DNA of 64,000 bases from an uncultured Candidatus Rokubacteria bacterium (GCA_963754315.1 CAVWFS010000003.1:64001-128000); one strand, 5' to 3'; counted from the first letter of the stretch, positions 23,411 through 39,329 are shown. Notes: a model not told the origin generated them from the sequence alone. A program made the numbers and translations.

Positions 23411-23618
23411 CACTCTTTGTCCCCATCGGGGACAGCGATTTTAGAAGTCAGCCCGGTCACTTCCAAGTTGACCGTAGCGCTCTTTGAAACTCGGATATGC
23501 TACTGGCTCACCGAAGTGGTGTGAGCACCCATCCGTTTCTATCGAGCCTTGCGCTCGGCCGGGTAACTGCACGCAGTCGCAGGAACACGTTCGAGCTCGA
23601 AGTCCAGGTTCGTCGCTT

Positions 23619-25188
<1,570 letters not shown>

Positions 25189-25290
25189 CCTCGAGAGTCC
25201 GACCCCGTCGGTGACGACGGCGGTCGGACTCTCCACGGTTCTGAATCGCTCGTGCCTCTCGGAAGCCAGTAGCATTTTTACGTTCGCGTC

Positions 25291-25367
25291 GGGCCTTTAG
25301 CTCAGGTGGCTAGAGCGCGCGCTTGATAAGCGCGAGGTCCCTGGTTCGATCCCAGGAAGGCCCACCA
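25291..25367 (+). tRNA. tRNA-Ile (GAT)
   Basis: Cloverleaf GGGCCTT...AAGGCCCACCA, anticodon loop TTGATAA. Confidence 0.97.
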
Positions 25368-25376
25368 GACATGAGC

Positions 25377-25452
25377 GGGGATGTAGCTCAGCTGGGAGAG
25401 CACCTGCTTTGCAAGCAGGGGGTCACCGGTTCGAATCCGGTCATCTCCACCA
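25377..25452 (+). tRNA. tRNA-Ala (TGC)
   Basis: GGGGATG...CATCTCCACCA with G3:U70, anticodon loop TTTGCAA. Confidence 0.97.
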
Positions 25453-25580
25453 CGTGCGGTCAAGAACGCGAAGACTTGAAACCTTGCGAGCATGTGCTCG
25501 CGTGGATCTTTGACAACCGAATACGGAGATTCTCGAGTGTAGCCAGGCGATGTTCTCCAAGTGGCAGTAGACAAGTTCGT

Positions 25581-28561
<2,981 letters not shown>

Positions 28562-28654
28562 CGGTATTTGTCAAAACGAAGAGAGCAGCGTCCGGCTGCG
28601 CTCGAGAATCTCCGTGTTCGGCGCGGCGCTCGCCGCCGCGACGACGTCGTGATT

Positions 28655-28772
<118 letters not shown>

Positions 28773-28841
28773 TTATCCTCATCGGGGGGGCTTCTGGCCC
28801 CCCGATACCCCCCCTGTGACACGTTAGTTTGATAGAGTGAG

Positions 28842-28875
28842 CGCCCGGACACCGAGTCCGGGCGTTTTGCTTTTT
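28842..28875 (+). terminator. rrn intrinsic terminator
   Basis: CGCCCGGAC-ACCGA-GTCCGGGCG followed by TTTTGCTTTTT. Confidence 0.85.
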
Positions 28876-28916
28876 CGTCGGGTTTTGCTGATGTCGGCCG
28901 GGGGAGGCGATGAGCC

Positions 28917-29753
28917 ATGAGCGGCCTGAGCGAGTTCTTCTGGATCTTCATCATCATCACGGCTCTCCAACCGATCATCAAGCAGAAGCTCCTCGACGCT
29001 AGCCGCCTGCGTCTGATCACGCGCTTCGAGAAGCAGCGGGGGAGCCGCACCATCGCCCTCGTGCACCGCCAGGAGACGATGGCCTTCCTCGGGTTTCCCA
29101 TCATGAAGTACATCGATGTGAACGACTCCGAGGAGGTGCTGCGAGCCATCAAGCTCACCGACCCCAGCGTCCCCATCGACCTGATCATCCATACCCCGGG
29201 CGGGCTGGTGCTCGCGGCTGCCCAGATCGCCAATGCCCTCAAGCGACACCCGGGCAAGGTCACTGTCTTCGTGCCCCACTACGCCATGTCGGGCGGGACC
29301 CTGATCGCCCTCGCCGCTGACGAGATCGTGATGGATCCCAACGCCGTCCTCGGTCCCGTCGACCCCCAGCTCGGACAGTCGCCGGCGGCCTCCATCATGA
29401 CCGTCCTCGAGCGCAAGAACGTGAACGATATCGACGACCAGACCCTCATCCTGGCCGACGTGGCCCACAAGGCGCTCGTCCAGGTGGAGGCGACTGTGCG
29501 CGACCTTCTCGCCGAGCGAATGCCAGGCGATCAGGCCGCGGCCCTGGCCAAGAAACTCGCGTCGGGGACGTGGACGCACGACTACGCCATCACCAGCGAG
29601 GCGGCCAGGTCGCTCGGCCTGCCCATATCCACGGACATGCCGCCCGAGGTCTACGATTTCATGCGCCTGTTCGCGCAGCCCACCCGGACGCGACCGTCGG
29701 TCGAATACGTGCCGGTGCCCCACCGCAGCAACCCGCCCGGCACCGGCACCTGA
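28917..29753 (+). CDS. SDH-family ClpP-class serine protease
   Basis: HTPGG, AMSGGT, GPVDPQ, WTHDY. Confidence 0.88.
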   Translation: MSGLSEFFWIFIIITALQPIIKQKLLDASRLRLITRFEKQRGSRTIALVHRQETMAFLGFPIMKYIDVNDSEEVLRAIKLTDPSVPIDLIIHTPGGLVLAAAQIANALKRHPGKVTVFVPHYAMSGGTLIALAADEIVMDPNAVLGPVDPQLGQSPAASIMTVLERKNVNDIDDQTLILADVAHKALVQVEATVRDLLAERMPGDQAAALAKKLASGTWTHDYAITSEAARSLGLPISTDMPPEVYDFMRLFAQPTRTRPSVEYVPVPHRSNPPGTGT

Positions 29754-29830
29754 CCCACGTCCGGGAAGGAGCAACGGCGCTCGGGCGCCCCGCGCGCGCT
29801 CGTGATCCGCGCGACCACATCGCTCTTCCC

Positions 29831-29844
29831 TTGACGTCGATCAC
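29831..29844. promoter_or_regulatory. CRP/FNR-family binding site candidate
   Basis: TTGA-CGTCGA-TCAC upstream of the oxidase operon. Confidence 0.5.
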
Positions 29845-29960
29845 GGTTTTGGCGCAGTCTCGAGGCAAGAGATCCAGGGATCGATGCGCCCCATCGCCAC
29901 GATTTGGTCCCGGCAGGCCCTGGTCATGGGGGGTGGGTACCGCGACGAGGGCGGTGAAGG

Positions 29961-30927
29961 ATGACGCCTCTCTGCGCTGCCTATCCCCAGCGTGTTCGCG
30001 CCCGTCTCCACCCCGGCCTTCCTCATTCGCGATCTGTCCTGGCTGATGCTCGCCGTGAGCGCGGCCATCTTCGCTGGTGGTCGCCTACCTGCTGGTCCAC
30101 GCGCTCGTCCGCTTCCGGGCGCGGCCAGGGGAGGACGACCGCGAGCCACCTCAGGTCTATGGCAGCAATTCCATCGAGGTTGCCTGGATCGTCGTTCCCC
30201 TGCTCATCGTGGTGGTCCTCTTCCTGGCCACCGCCCGCACCGTCTTCGAAATCGAGCGAGCGGCGGCGGCCGGGGCGGCCCTTCGGGTCACGGTGGTCGG
30301 ACATCAGTGGTGGTGGGAGTTTCGCTACCCTGACCTCGGCATCGTCACCGCCAACGAGCTGCATATTCCGCTGAGTGAGCCGCCGGAGCGACGTCTCACC
30401 GTCCTCCGGCTGGAGGCGGTGGACGTGATCCACAGCTTCTGGATCCCCCAGCTCAACGGCAAGACGGACGTGATTCCCAACCATCCCAACACCATGTGGG
30501 TCGAGCCCCTCCGGGCGGGCGCGTACTATGGCCAGTGCGCGGAGTACTGCGGCACCCAGCACGCCAACATGCAGATCCGGGTCTTCGTGCATCCCAAGGC
30601 GGACTTCGATCGGTGGGTGGCCTCTCAGCAGGCCCGGGCCCCGGAAGCGCCCGAGGTGGCGGCGGGGCGGACCATCTTTCTCGGCACGGCCTGCGTGAGC
30701 TGTCACAGAGTCCAGGGGACCTCCGCCGACGGGACCTTCGGGCCAGACCTGACCCATCTCATGAGCCGCACGACCATCGGGGCCGGGGTGGCCCCCAACA
30801 CCGAGCAGAACCTGCGCCGGTGGATCAGGGATCCTGCGCATCTCAAGCCGGGGGTCCTCATGCCGGCCATGAACCTGGCCGATGACCAGATCGCCGCCGT
30901 CGTGCCTACCTGCTGACCCTGAAGTGA
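29961..30927 (+). CDS. coxB: Cytochrome c oxidase subunit II with fused cytochrome c (caa3 type), frameshifted; start uncertain
   Basis: HQWWW, DVIHSF, CAEYCGTQHANM (CuA), CVSCH; frame changes near 30074 and 30904. Confidence 0.88.
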
Positions 30928-30943
30928 GCGAGCGAGGAGGGAC

Positions 30944-32626
30944 ATGTCCACCGTCGACGTGGCGCTGAGACGCGAGGAGGAGGTCGAGGGCCGCCTGCCG
31001 CTGGTCGTCGTGCTCCACGAGTGGCTGATCACCGTGGACCACAAGCGGATCGGGATCATGTACGTCCTGCTCGGCTTGGTCTTCTTCGTGGTGGCCGGCC
31101 TCGAGGCGTCCATGATGCGCTGGCAGCTCGCCGTTCCCGACAACACCGTGGTGGGGCCGGACACCTTCAACCGGCTGTTCACCATGCACGGCACCACCAT
31201 GGTCTTCTTCGTGGGGATGCCGATGATGTTCGGGGTGGCCAACTATCTGGTCCCGCTCATGATCGGGGCGCGCGACGTGGCCTTTCCCCGCCTCAACGCC
31301 TTCAGCTTCTGGCTCTCGTGCTTCGGCGGACTGCTCCTCTACTTCAGCTTCATCGGTGGCCCGGGCCTGTACGGGGCGGGCTCGGCGCCCGCGGTCGGCT
31401 GGTTCGCCTATGCGCCCCTCACCCAGCGGCCGTTCACGCCGGGCACGAGCACCGACTACTGGGTCTTGGCCCTGCTCGTGAGCGGCTTCGGAAGCGTGGC
31501 CGGCGCCATCAATCTGGTGACCACCATCTTCACCATGCGCTGCCCGGGGATGACGCCTCGGCAAGATGCCACTGTTCGTGTGGCTGGTGCTGATGGCCAT
31601 GGTCGAGATCCTGTACGCGCTGCCCGTGCTGACGGCGGGCCAGATCATGCTGCTCTTCGATCGGTACCTGGGCGCGCACTTCTTCGACACCCTGGCCGGC
31701 GGGTCGGCCGTCCTCTGGCAGCACTTCTTCTGGTTCTTCGGGCATCCGGAGGTCTACATCCTCGTCCTGCCCGCGTACGGCATCGCCTCCGAGATCATCC
31801 CCGTCTTCTCGCGCAAGGTCATGTTCGGCTACCCGATGATGGTGGCGGCCACCCTGGCCATCGGCTTCATCGGAGGCAGCGTGTGGGCGCACCATATGTT
31901 CTCGGTCGGTCTGGGCGCCCCCGTGAACACGCTGTTCGCCGCCACCACCATGGCCATCGCCGTGCCCACCGGCATCAAGATCTTCAACTGGCTGGCCACC
32001 ATGTGGGGCGGCCGGATCGCGTTCGCCACGCCCATGCTCTTCTCGGTCGGCCTTCATCTTCCAGTTCCTGGTGGCGGGCCTGACCGGCATCATGCTGGCG
32101 GTGGTGCCGTTCACCTGGCAGATGACCGACACCTACTTCGTGGTGGCCCACTTCCACTACACCTTGATCGGCGGGTTCGTCTTCCTGATGTTCGCGGGGA
32201 TCTACTACTGGTTTCCCAAGGTCACCGGCCGCATGCTCGACGAGCGGCTGGGACGCTGGCACTTCTGGCTGTTCCTGATCGGCTTCAACATGACCATGGG
32301 CATCCTGCACTTCGCCGGCTTGCTGGGGATGCCGCGGCGGATCTACACCTACCAGACCGGACACGGCTGGGACACCATCAACCTCATCGCCTCCCTGGGC
32401 GTGGTGCCCCAGATCCTCGGGGTGCTGATGTTCGTCATCAACATCGTCGTCTCCGTGCGGCGAGGCGCGCGGGCTGGAGACGATCCGTGGGATGCGTGGA
32501 CACTCGAGTGGATGACCACCTCGCCGCCGACCGGAGTACAACTTCGAGACGATCCCCGTGGTGCGTAGCCGTCGCCCGCTCTGGGACCTCAAACACCCCA
32601 CCGACCCCGACGGGAGGCACGAATGA
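30944..32626 (+). CDS. coxA: Cytochrome c oxidase subunit I (A1 type), frameshifted
   Basis: DHKRIG, GHPEVY, WAHH, HFHY, GMPRR spread over three ORFs; shifts near 31560, 32050, 32535. Confidence 0.92.
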
Positions 32627-33202
32627 GCGGGGCCGGCGGCAGCCACCTGGCGACTGCCCTCGCGCGGCCGGGCCGGGATGGTCGCCCTCCTCGTGATGGA
32701 GTCGGCCTTTCTCGGGACCTTCGTGGTGGCCTACCTCTTCTACATCGGCAAGAGCTTGAGTGGGCCCACGCCCCGACAGGTGCTCGAGTTCCCGCTCCTG
32801 GGCACCGCGTGCCTGCTGGCAAGCAGCCTCACCGTTGCCCTTGCCGTGCGCGCCCTGCGCGGGGGGCGGATCGTGCTCTTCGGCAGCTGGCTGCTGCTGA
32901 CGATCCTGCTCGGCGCCGAGTTCCTCACCGGCACCGCGCTCGAGTGGTACGGGCTCATCGTGCGTCAGGGACTGACCATCGGGACCAACCTGTTCGGGAC
33001 GACCTTCTACTCGCTGGTGGGCTTCCACGCCGGGCACGTCACCCTGGGTCTGCTCTTGCTGATCTTGGTGTGGATCTTCACCGTGTTCGGGGCAGTGCGG
33101 GCCGAACACGCCGAGCGGGTGGAGCTCCTCTCCTGGTACTGGCACTTCGTGGACGTGGTGTGGATCGTGGTGCTGACCGCCGTCTACATCGTGGGGCGCT
33201 GA
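32623..33202 (+). CDS. coxC: Heme-copper oxidase subunit III, frameshift near the 5' end
   Basis: FYSLVGFHAGHV and YWHFVDVVW. Confidence 0.9.
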
Positions 33203-33206
33203 CACA

Positions 33207-34054
33207 ATGGGATCCGGCGATCCGCCCGCGAACCCGTCGAGTCGGTCGAACTCCCGGCGCCTACCGCGTGGCCGTTCGTGACGGCGGTGGGGGTCGCCCT
33301 CGGCTTTGCCGGTCTGGTAACTCATGCCGCCGTGAGCGCAGTCGGGATCGTGCTGGCCCTCATTGGCTTCGTGGGGTGGATGCGCGAGGTGTTTCCCCGC
33401 GAGCGCACCGTGACCATCCCGCTCCGCGCACAAGCGCTTCGCGCTCGCCCGGCGACGACGAGCCGTCGCTCGATCGAGCACTTGCGACTGGGACAGGGCG
33501 CCCACCGGGTGCGACTGCCGGTGGCGGTCCGTCCGTACTCGGCCGGGGTCAAGGCCGGCCTCGCCGGCGGAGTGGCCATGGCAGCGGTTGCGCTCCTGTT
33601 CGGGATCATCGTCCAGGGAAGCCTCTGGTATCCGATCAACCTCCTGGCGGCGGCCGGGATGCCCTCGCTGGCGGCAGCGGACCTGGCACAACTACGGTCC
33701 TTCAACGCCGTCGCCCTGGGGGTGGGGCTCATCGTGCACCTTGTGCTCTCCGTCCTGGTGGGACTGCTGTACGCGGTCATCCTTCCCACTTTGCCGCGTC
33801 ATCCGATCTTGTGGGCTGGTTTCATCGCTCCGCTGCTGTGGACCGCCCTGGTGTGGGCGACGCTCGGCCTCGTGAATCCCGTGCTCAACCAGCGCATCGA
33901 GTGGCCCTGGTTCATTGCCTCTCAGGTCGCCTTCGCCCTCGTGGCGGGCTGGGTGATCGCGCGCACGGAGCCGATCGGGACGATGCAGACGTGGCCCCTG
34001 GCGGCCCGCGCTGGCATCGAGAGCCCGGGCGTGTTCGAGGAGGATGACCGGTGA
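33207..34054 (+). CDS. Membrane protein of the oxidase operon (subunit IV-like N-terminus), probable frameshift at start
   Basis: LPAPTAWP motif upstream of ORF 33278; multiple TM helices. Confidence 0.65.
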
Positions 34055-34737
34055 GGTGTCGGCGGTGGAAGCAGGTCATCCTGGCCGGAGTGGCGGCGCT
34101 AACCGCGCTCGGCTGTGATCGGCTTCCCGGCCGCCCCAATCCCGATCAACGACCGATCCTCCCGACCCAGGTTCGCGCGTTCAGCGAGCTTTACGCCGAG
34201 AACTGCTCAGGGTGTCACGGCGCCGATGGACGCCTCGGCGCGGCCCGCCCTCTCAACGATCCGCTGTACCTGGCGCTGGTTGACGACGATACGCTTCGTC
34301 GAATCATCGGGCTCGGGGTGGCGCGCACAGCCATGCCGGGCTTTTCCCAGAAAGGTGGCGGGTTTCTCACCGACGAGCAGGTCGACGTGCTCATCCGTGA
34401 GATGCGGTGGCGATGGGGCCGCCCTGAGCAGTTCAAGGACGTTGCCTTGCCGCCGTATCGCGGAGTTGGTGGCGATCCCGCACGAGGCCGAGAAGCGTAC
34501 GGCGTGTACTGCGCGAGCTGCCATGGCCCGGATGGTCGGGGCACCGCCAAGGGCGGCTCGGTGGTCGATCGGGCGTACGTCGCGCTTGTCAGCGACCAGA
34601 ACCTCCGAAGCGCCGTGATCGCTGGACGGCCCGACCTCGGGATGCCGGACTACCGGAAGGCCGTTGCCGGTCGTCCGATGTCGGCCGAGGAGATCACAGA
34701 CGTGGTGGCGTGGCTGGCCGGGCACCGGGTCCCGTGA
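34051..34737 (+). CDS. Di-heme cytochrome c lipoprotein
   Basis: Lipobox ALGC; CSGCH and CASCH. Confidence 0.88.
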   Translation: MRCRRWKQVILAGVAALTALGCDRLPGRPNPDQRPILPTQVRAFSELYAENCSGCHGADGRLGAARPLNDPLYLALVDDDTLRRIIGLGVARTAMPGFSQKGGGFLTDEQVDVLIREMRWRWGRPEQFKDVALPPYRGVGGDPARGREAYGVYCASCHGPDGRGTAKGGSVVDRAYVALVSDQNLRSAVIAGRPDLGMPDYRKAVAGRPMSAEEITDVVAWLAGHRVP

Positions 34738-34773
34738 ACACGCGCGGCTCGGTCGTGCCTCAAGGAGTGCCGC

Positions 34774-35306
34774 ATGTGTGATCACGGAGTGGGAGGGGTG
34801 ACTCCCCCTCCGGCCCCCGTCTCCCGTCGGGGCTTTCTGTTCAAACTGGGAATTGCGCTGCAACGGGCTGGCGGCTCTGCTCATCGGCGTGCCCTTGGTC
34901 GGTTATGTCGCTTCAGCGGTCCGTCGTCGGGGCGAGCAGGCGTGGATCGCGCTGGGGCCCCTCGCGAGCTTCCCGGAGCGCCAGACGCGCCTGGCCTCCT
35001 ACACGAATCCGTTCAGGGTGCCGTGGGACGGAAAGACCGCCGACATCCCGTGCTGGGTGCGCCGGCTGGAGGGCGAGCGCTTCCAGGTGTTCGCCATCAA
35101 CTGCACGCACCTCGGCTGTCCCATCCGCTGGTTCCAGGAGTCAGGGCTCTTCATGTGTCCGTGCCATGGCGGCGTGTTCTACGAGGACGGCCGTCACGCG
35201 TCCGGGCCGCCCGCCACGGCCCCTCTACCAGTACGAGCACCGCATCAAGGATGGCCAGCTCTGGGTGCGCGGGGGTCAGATCCCGACCTTGTCGGAGCCG
35301 GTGTGA
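34774..35306 (+). CDS. Rieske 2Fe-2S protein (Tat substrate), frameshifted
   Basis: SRRGFL, CTHLGC, CPCHG, GPP.RPL; shifts near 34860 and 35220. Confidence 0.88.
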
Positions 35307-36752
35307 TGCGCATGGCCGACTGGTTCGAGGAGCGATTGCAGCTCAAGAAGCTCATTCTGCCCTCGGCCACCCACCCGGTGCCCCGCAGCTCGGCCAGCTG
35401 GTGGTACGTGTTCGGCAGCGCCACCCTCATCATCTTCATGCTTCAGATCGTGACCGGCATCTGCCTCGCGCTCGTGTACGTTCCGTCGCCGAGCGGGGCC
35501 TATCGCGAGCCTCGAGCACCTGAACTACCAGCAGCCCCTCGGATGGTTCCTCCGCGCCCTGCACTTCTGGGGATCGAACTTCATGGTGGCCATGATGTCG
35601 CTCCACATGATCCAGGTCTTTCTCTTCGGCGCCTACAAGTACCCGCGCGAGCTGACGTGGATCGTGGGAGTCTTCCTCTTGCTCTGTACCTTGGGCATGG
35701 CCTTCACGGGCCAGGTCCTCCGCTGGGATCAGGACGCCTACTGGGGGCTCGGGATCGGGGTGGCCATGATCGGGCGGGCGCCGCTGATCGGCGCGGACCT
35801 CGTCCATCTCGTCCTCGGCGGCGCCATCATCGGCGCCGAGACCCTGTCGCGCTTCTTCGCCCTGCACGTGTTCGTGATCCCGGGCCTCCTCTTCGGCCTC
35901 ATCGGCATCCACCTGCTCCTGGTGCTCAAGGTCGGCATCAACGAGTGGCCGATGCCGGGGCGGCTGGTGAACCGGACGACCTATCGGGAGCGCTACGAGG
36001 AGGAAGTCAAGAAGGACGGCGTGCCGTTCTTCCCGGTGGCCGCCCAGAAGGATATCGTCTTCGGCGGCATCGTCCTCCTGGCCATCTTTGCCTGCGCTGC
36101 CCTGTTTGGGCCCTACGGCCCCAATGGACCGGCGGATCCCACCTTGATCCGGACGGTCCCGCGTCCCGACTTCTACTTCCTGTCGCTCTTCGCGCTGTTT
36201 GCCTTGCTGCCTCCCTACACCGAGACCTTCCTGATCCTGGTGGGGCCGCTGGTCGCCATCGCCCTGCTCCTCGCGCTGCCCTTTCTGGCCGGCACCGGGG
36301 AGAAGAGCTTTCGCCGCCGACCGATGGCGGTGGTGAGTGTGGTGGTGATTCTTCTTGTCCTCGGCGTCCTGACTTATCTCGGGGCCAAGTCGCCGTGGTC
36401 TCCTCTCATGGAAGGATGGAGCGGGGCGCCGATCCCGATCGGCTACATCAAGGGCCGCTCCCCGCTCGAGCTGCAGGGCGCGCTGGTCCTGCAGAACAAG
36501 CAGTGCCGCAATTGCCATAGCCTCGGTGGTGAGGGCGGACGGCGCGGCCCCGCCCTCGACGGAATCGCCTCGCGCCTGACCCGCGATCTGCTCATCCGTC
36601 AGGTGCTCCAGGGGGGCGGAAACATGCCGGCCTACGGCAAGAACCTCGCACCGGCCGAGGTCACCGCTCTCGTGGCCTTCCTCGACACGTTGCGATCGCC
36701 TCGAGACCCCGTGGCTCGCTCTCCCGTCCCACCGCCTCGCCCGGATCGCTGA
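35306..36752 (+). CDS. Cytochrome b with C-terminal fused cytochrome c, frameshift near 35503
   Basis: QIVTGI, YKYPRELTW, WDQDAYW, RFFALH, PDFY (PEWY equivalent), CRNCH. Confidence 0.9.
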
Positions 36753-36785
36753 GTCGGCGAGCGGTCCAGAAGCAGGGGGCGAGGC

Positions 36786-37637
36786 GTGTCACCGATGCTG
36801 GTGAGCTTGTCGCTCCTGGTCACCGCCGCGATCTATGCGCGCGGATGGGTGCTGTTGCGCCGACGGCTACCGCATCGATTCGGATGGCGCCAGCTCCTCT
36901 GCTTCATGGCTGGACTGGACCTGGTTTTCGTGGCCCTCGTGTCACCGCTCGACGCCTGGGCGGCGAGCTCCCTGCTCGGACATATGGTCCAGCATCTCAT
37001 TCTCATGATCGTCGCCCCGCCCCTGATCTGGCTGGGGGCGCCGCTGGCTCCGCTGCTTCGTGGTCTCCCTCGTCCTCTCGCGCAGATCCTGATCGTCTCG
37101 GTGCTCGGGTGGCCGCCACTCCGTCGGCTGAGCCGTGCCCTTACGCATCCGGCCGTCGGCTGGCTCGCGTTCGTCGTCGCCACCTGGGCGTGGCACGTTC
37201 CCGTGATGTACGAGCTCGCCCTGCGATCTGATGCTTGGCATCACGTGGAGCACGTCTGCTTTCTGCTCACCGCGCTTCTCTTCTGGTGGCCGGTGGTCCA
37301 ACCATGGCCGAGTCGTTCGCGCTGGCCGCGCTGGGCCATGGTGCCCTACCTCCTGCTGGCTGAGGTGCAGGGCACCGTCCTCGCCGCCTTCTTCACCTTC
37401 GCCGGGCGGACGCTCTACCAGACCTATGCCGACACGCAGGGCGGCGTCTGGGCGCTCCAGGATCAGGTCGCGGCCGGGGTGCTCATGTGGGGACTCGGGT
37501 CGCTGGCGTTCCTGGTGCCGGCCGGATATCTGGTCATGCAATTGCTCGCTCCTTCGGGGGCGATGTTGGAAGACCCGCCCGTTCGCGCCGGGTCGGCGCT
37601 ATCATGGCCTAAGGGAATTGCGCCGGACCGGCGATGA
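36786..37637 (+). CDS. ctaG: Cytochrome c oxidase caa3 assembly factor (CtaG family)
   Basis: SPLD, HMVQH, WHVP, EH, DQVAAGVLMW. Confidence 0.88.
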   Translation: MSPMLVSLSLLVTAAIYARGWVLLRRRLPHRFGWRQLLCFMAGLDLVFVALVSPLDAWAASSLLGHMVQHLILMIVAPPLIWLGAPLAPLLRGLPRPLAQILIVSVLGWPPLRRLSRALTHPAVGWLAFVVATWAWHVPVMYELALRSDAWHHVEHVCFLLTALLFWWPVVQPWPSRSRWPRWAMVPYLLLAEVQGTVLAAFFTFAGRTLYQTYADTQGGVWALQDQVAAGVLMWGLGSLAFLVPAGYLVMQLLAPSGAMLEDPPVRAGSALSWPKGIAPDRR

Positions 37638-37679
37638 CAATCCCGTCCTCGCCTCGACGCGGCGGAAGGAGAATGACTC

Positions 37680-38390
37680 ATGGAACGGTCTGATCTGACG
37701 AGAGGCTGGTCGGTCCCGAGCGCGGTGTCCGACGAGCGGGTGACCGCCTTCTTGCGCAAGGTGTATGGCTGGATGTTCTTCGGGCTCGGCGTCACCGCGT
37801 TGGTGTCGTACAGCATGCTGAGTTCGCCAGGCCTCGTCCAGTCGTTGGTGGCCAACCACCTGGTTTTCCTGCTTCTCTTCGTCGCACAGCTGGGCCTCGT
37901 CTTCTATCTGTCCGCCCGTGTCGACCGTCTCTCGGTCTCGACGGCGACTTGGTTGTTCATCCTTTACTCGGCCCTCACGGGAGTGACGTTCTCCGTCATC
38001 CTTCTGGCCTACACTGGAGCATCGGTCGCGACGACTTTTGTCGTCACCGCCGGGATGTTCGGCGCCCTCGCCGTGTTCGGGTCGACGACCAAACGAAGCC
38101 TGGCCGGGGTAGGCCAGTTTCTGTTCATGGGCCTCATCGGGCTGGTGCTCGCCTCGATCGTAGGGATGTTCTGGAACAATGACGCGCTCCAGTTCCTTAT
38201 ATCGGTGGTGGGGGTCATCGTTTTCACCGGACTGACCGCCTGGGATGCCCAACGCCTCAAGCAGATGGCCGCTTCGGTGCCGCCGGAACGGGTGGGATCG
38301 TACGCCATCGTGGGCGCGCTCACTCTCTACCTCAATTTCATCAACCTCTTTCTCTTCCTGCTGCGCTTCATGGGAGGGCGTCGCGACTGA
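37680..38390 (+). CDS. Bax inhibitor-1/YccA family membrane protein
   Basis: FLRKVYGWM, AWDAQRLK, ALTLYLNFINLF. Confidence 0.92.
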   Translation: MERSDLTRGWSVPSAVSDERVTAFLRKVYGWMFFGLGVTALVSYSMLSSPGLVQSLVANHLVFLLLFVAQLGLVFYLSARVDRLSVSTATWLFILYSALTGVTFSVILLAYTGASVATTFVVTAGMFGALAVFGSTTKRSLAGVGQFLFMGLIGLVLASIVGMFWNNDALQFLISVVGVIVFTGLTAWDAQRLKQMAASVPPERVGSYAIVGALTLYLNFINLFLFLLRFMGGRRD

Positions 38391-38458
38391 CCCACGCGAC
38401 GGACGGTTCCGATATTCGAATCGCTCGCCTGCGAGGCACCACGACCCGCGAGGACGTC

Positions 38459-38884
38459 ATGAGACGTGCGACGACAGTGGCAGTCATCTGGGTAGGGATC
38501 TGTGCGTTGCTGCTCGCCAGCGCGGGCGGCTGTGGCCTCGCTGCGCCCACCGTGTGGAACCCGGGGAACCGGCAGCCGATGATCGCGGGCTGGCAGCAGT
38601 TCTTCCGGATCCAGTGGGACGCAACGCAGCGAGGTGACCACGCGGTCGTTCAGGGTTTCATCACCAATACCTGGGGCTTCACGGCACAGCGGATGCAGTT
38701 GCTCGTCACTGGATTCGATGCCAGCGGCACGTCGCTTGGCCAGGTGATCGCGTGGGGACCCAACGAGATCGATCCTGGCGCCAGGATGTTCTTCAACGTG
38801 CCTGTACCACCCGGTGCGGCAACGTACGACGTCGCAATCTTCGCGTGGGACTGGGTGCAGACGGGCGGCAGTGTCTTCAACTGA
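38459..38884 (+). CDS. Small lipoprotein, paralog 1 (FxLYD-like Ig fold suspected)
   Basis: Signal peptide with AGGC; GWQQFFRIQW...WGPNEI motif shared with neighbours. Confidence 0.8.
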   Translation: MRRATTVAVIWVGICALLLASAGGCGLAAPTVWNPGNRQPMIAGWQQFFRIQWDATQRGDHAVVQGFITNTWGFTAQRMQLLVTGFDASGTSLGQVIAWGPNEIDPGARMFFNVPVPPGAATYDVAIFAWDWVQTGGSVFN

Positions 38885-38906
38885 CCGTAGGGGAGTTCAT
38901 AAGCGT

Positions 38907-39329
38907 ATGTTGCGCTGTCTGTCGCGAATCCCTCCATGGATGGGTCTGGCGGGGCTGCTGATCCTGTTACCGGCAGCCTGCGCCACCGGTCCCATGACCT
39001 GGCAGCCCGGGAATCTGCAGCCGCTCACCGTGGGCTGGCAGCAGTTCTTCCGGATTCAGTGGGATGCTACCCGGCAGAACGGTCAGACGGTCGTCGAGGG
39101 TTACGTCACGAACGTCTGGGGGTTCACCGCGCTCAACGTCCGCTTGCTCGTGAACGGCTACGACGCCTCAGGTGAGATGGTGGGCCAACTCATCAGCTGG
39201 GGACCCAACGAGATCGACTTCGGTAGCCGCGTCTACTTCAACGTCCCCGTCCCGACCGCCGCCACCTATGACGTCTCTATCTTCTCCTGGAGCTGGGTCC
39301 AAACCGGCAACGGCGCCGACATGCGCTGA
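38907..39329 (+). CDS. Small lipoprotein, paralog 2
   Basis: SD GGGAG, PAAC lipobox-like, same motifs. Confidence 0.8.
   Translation: MLRCLSRIPPWMGLAGLLILLPAACATGPMTWQPGNLQPLTVGWQQFFRIQWDATRQNGQTVVEGYVTNVWGFTALNVRLLVNGYDASGEMVGQLISWGPNEIDFGSRVYFNVPVPTAATYDVSIFSWSWVQTGNGADMR

Noticed and set aside
25193..25233. Long hairpin in the 16S-23S spacer as a novel RNA
   Set aside because: Stable hairpins are ordinary in rRNA spacers
30900..30927. Selenocysteine readthrough at TGC-TGA at the end of coxB, or at other TGA stops
   Set aside because: A one-base frame correction gives a normal AYLLTLK end; no in-frame UGA at a catalytic Cys position with a SECIS-like hairpin was found by eye
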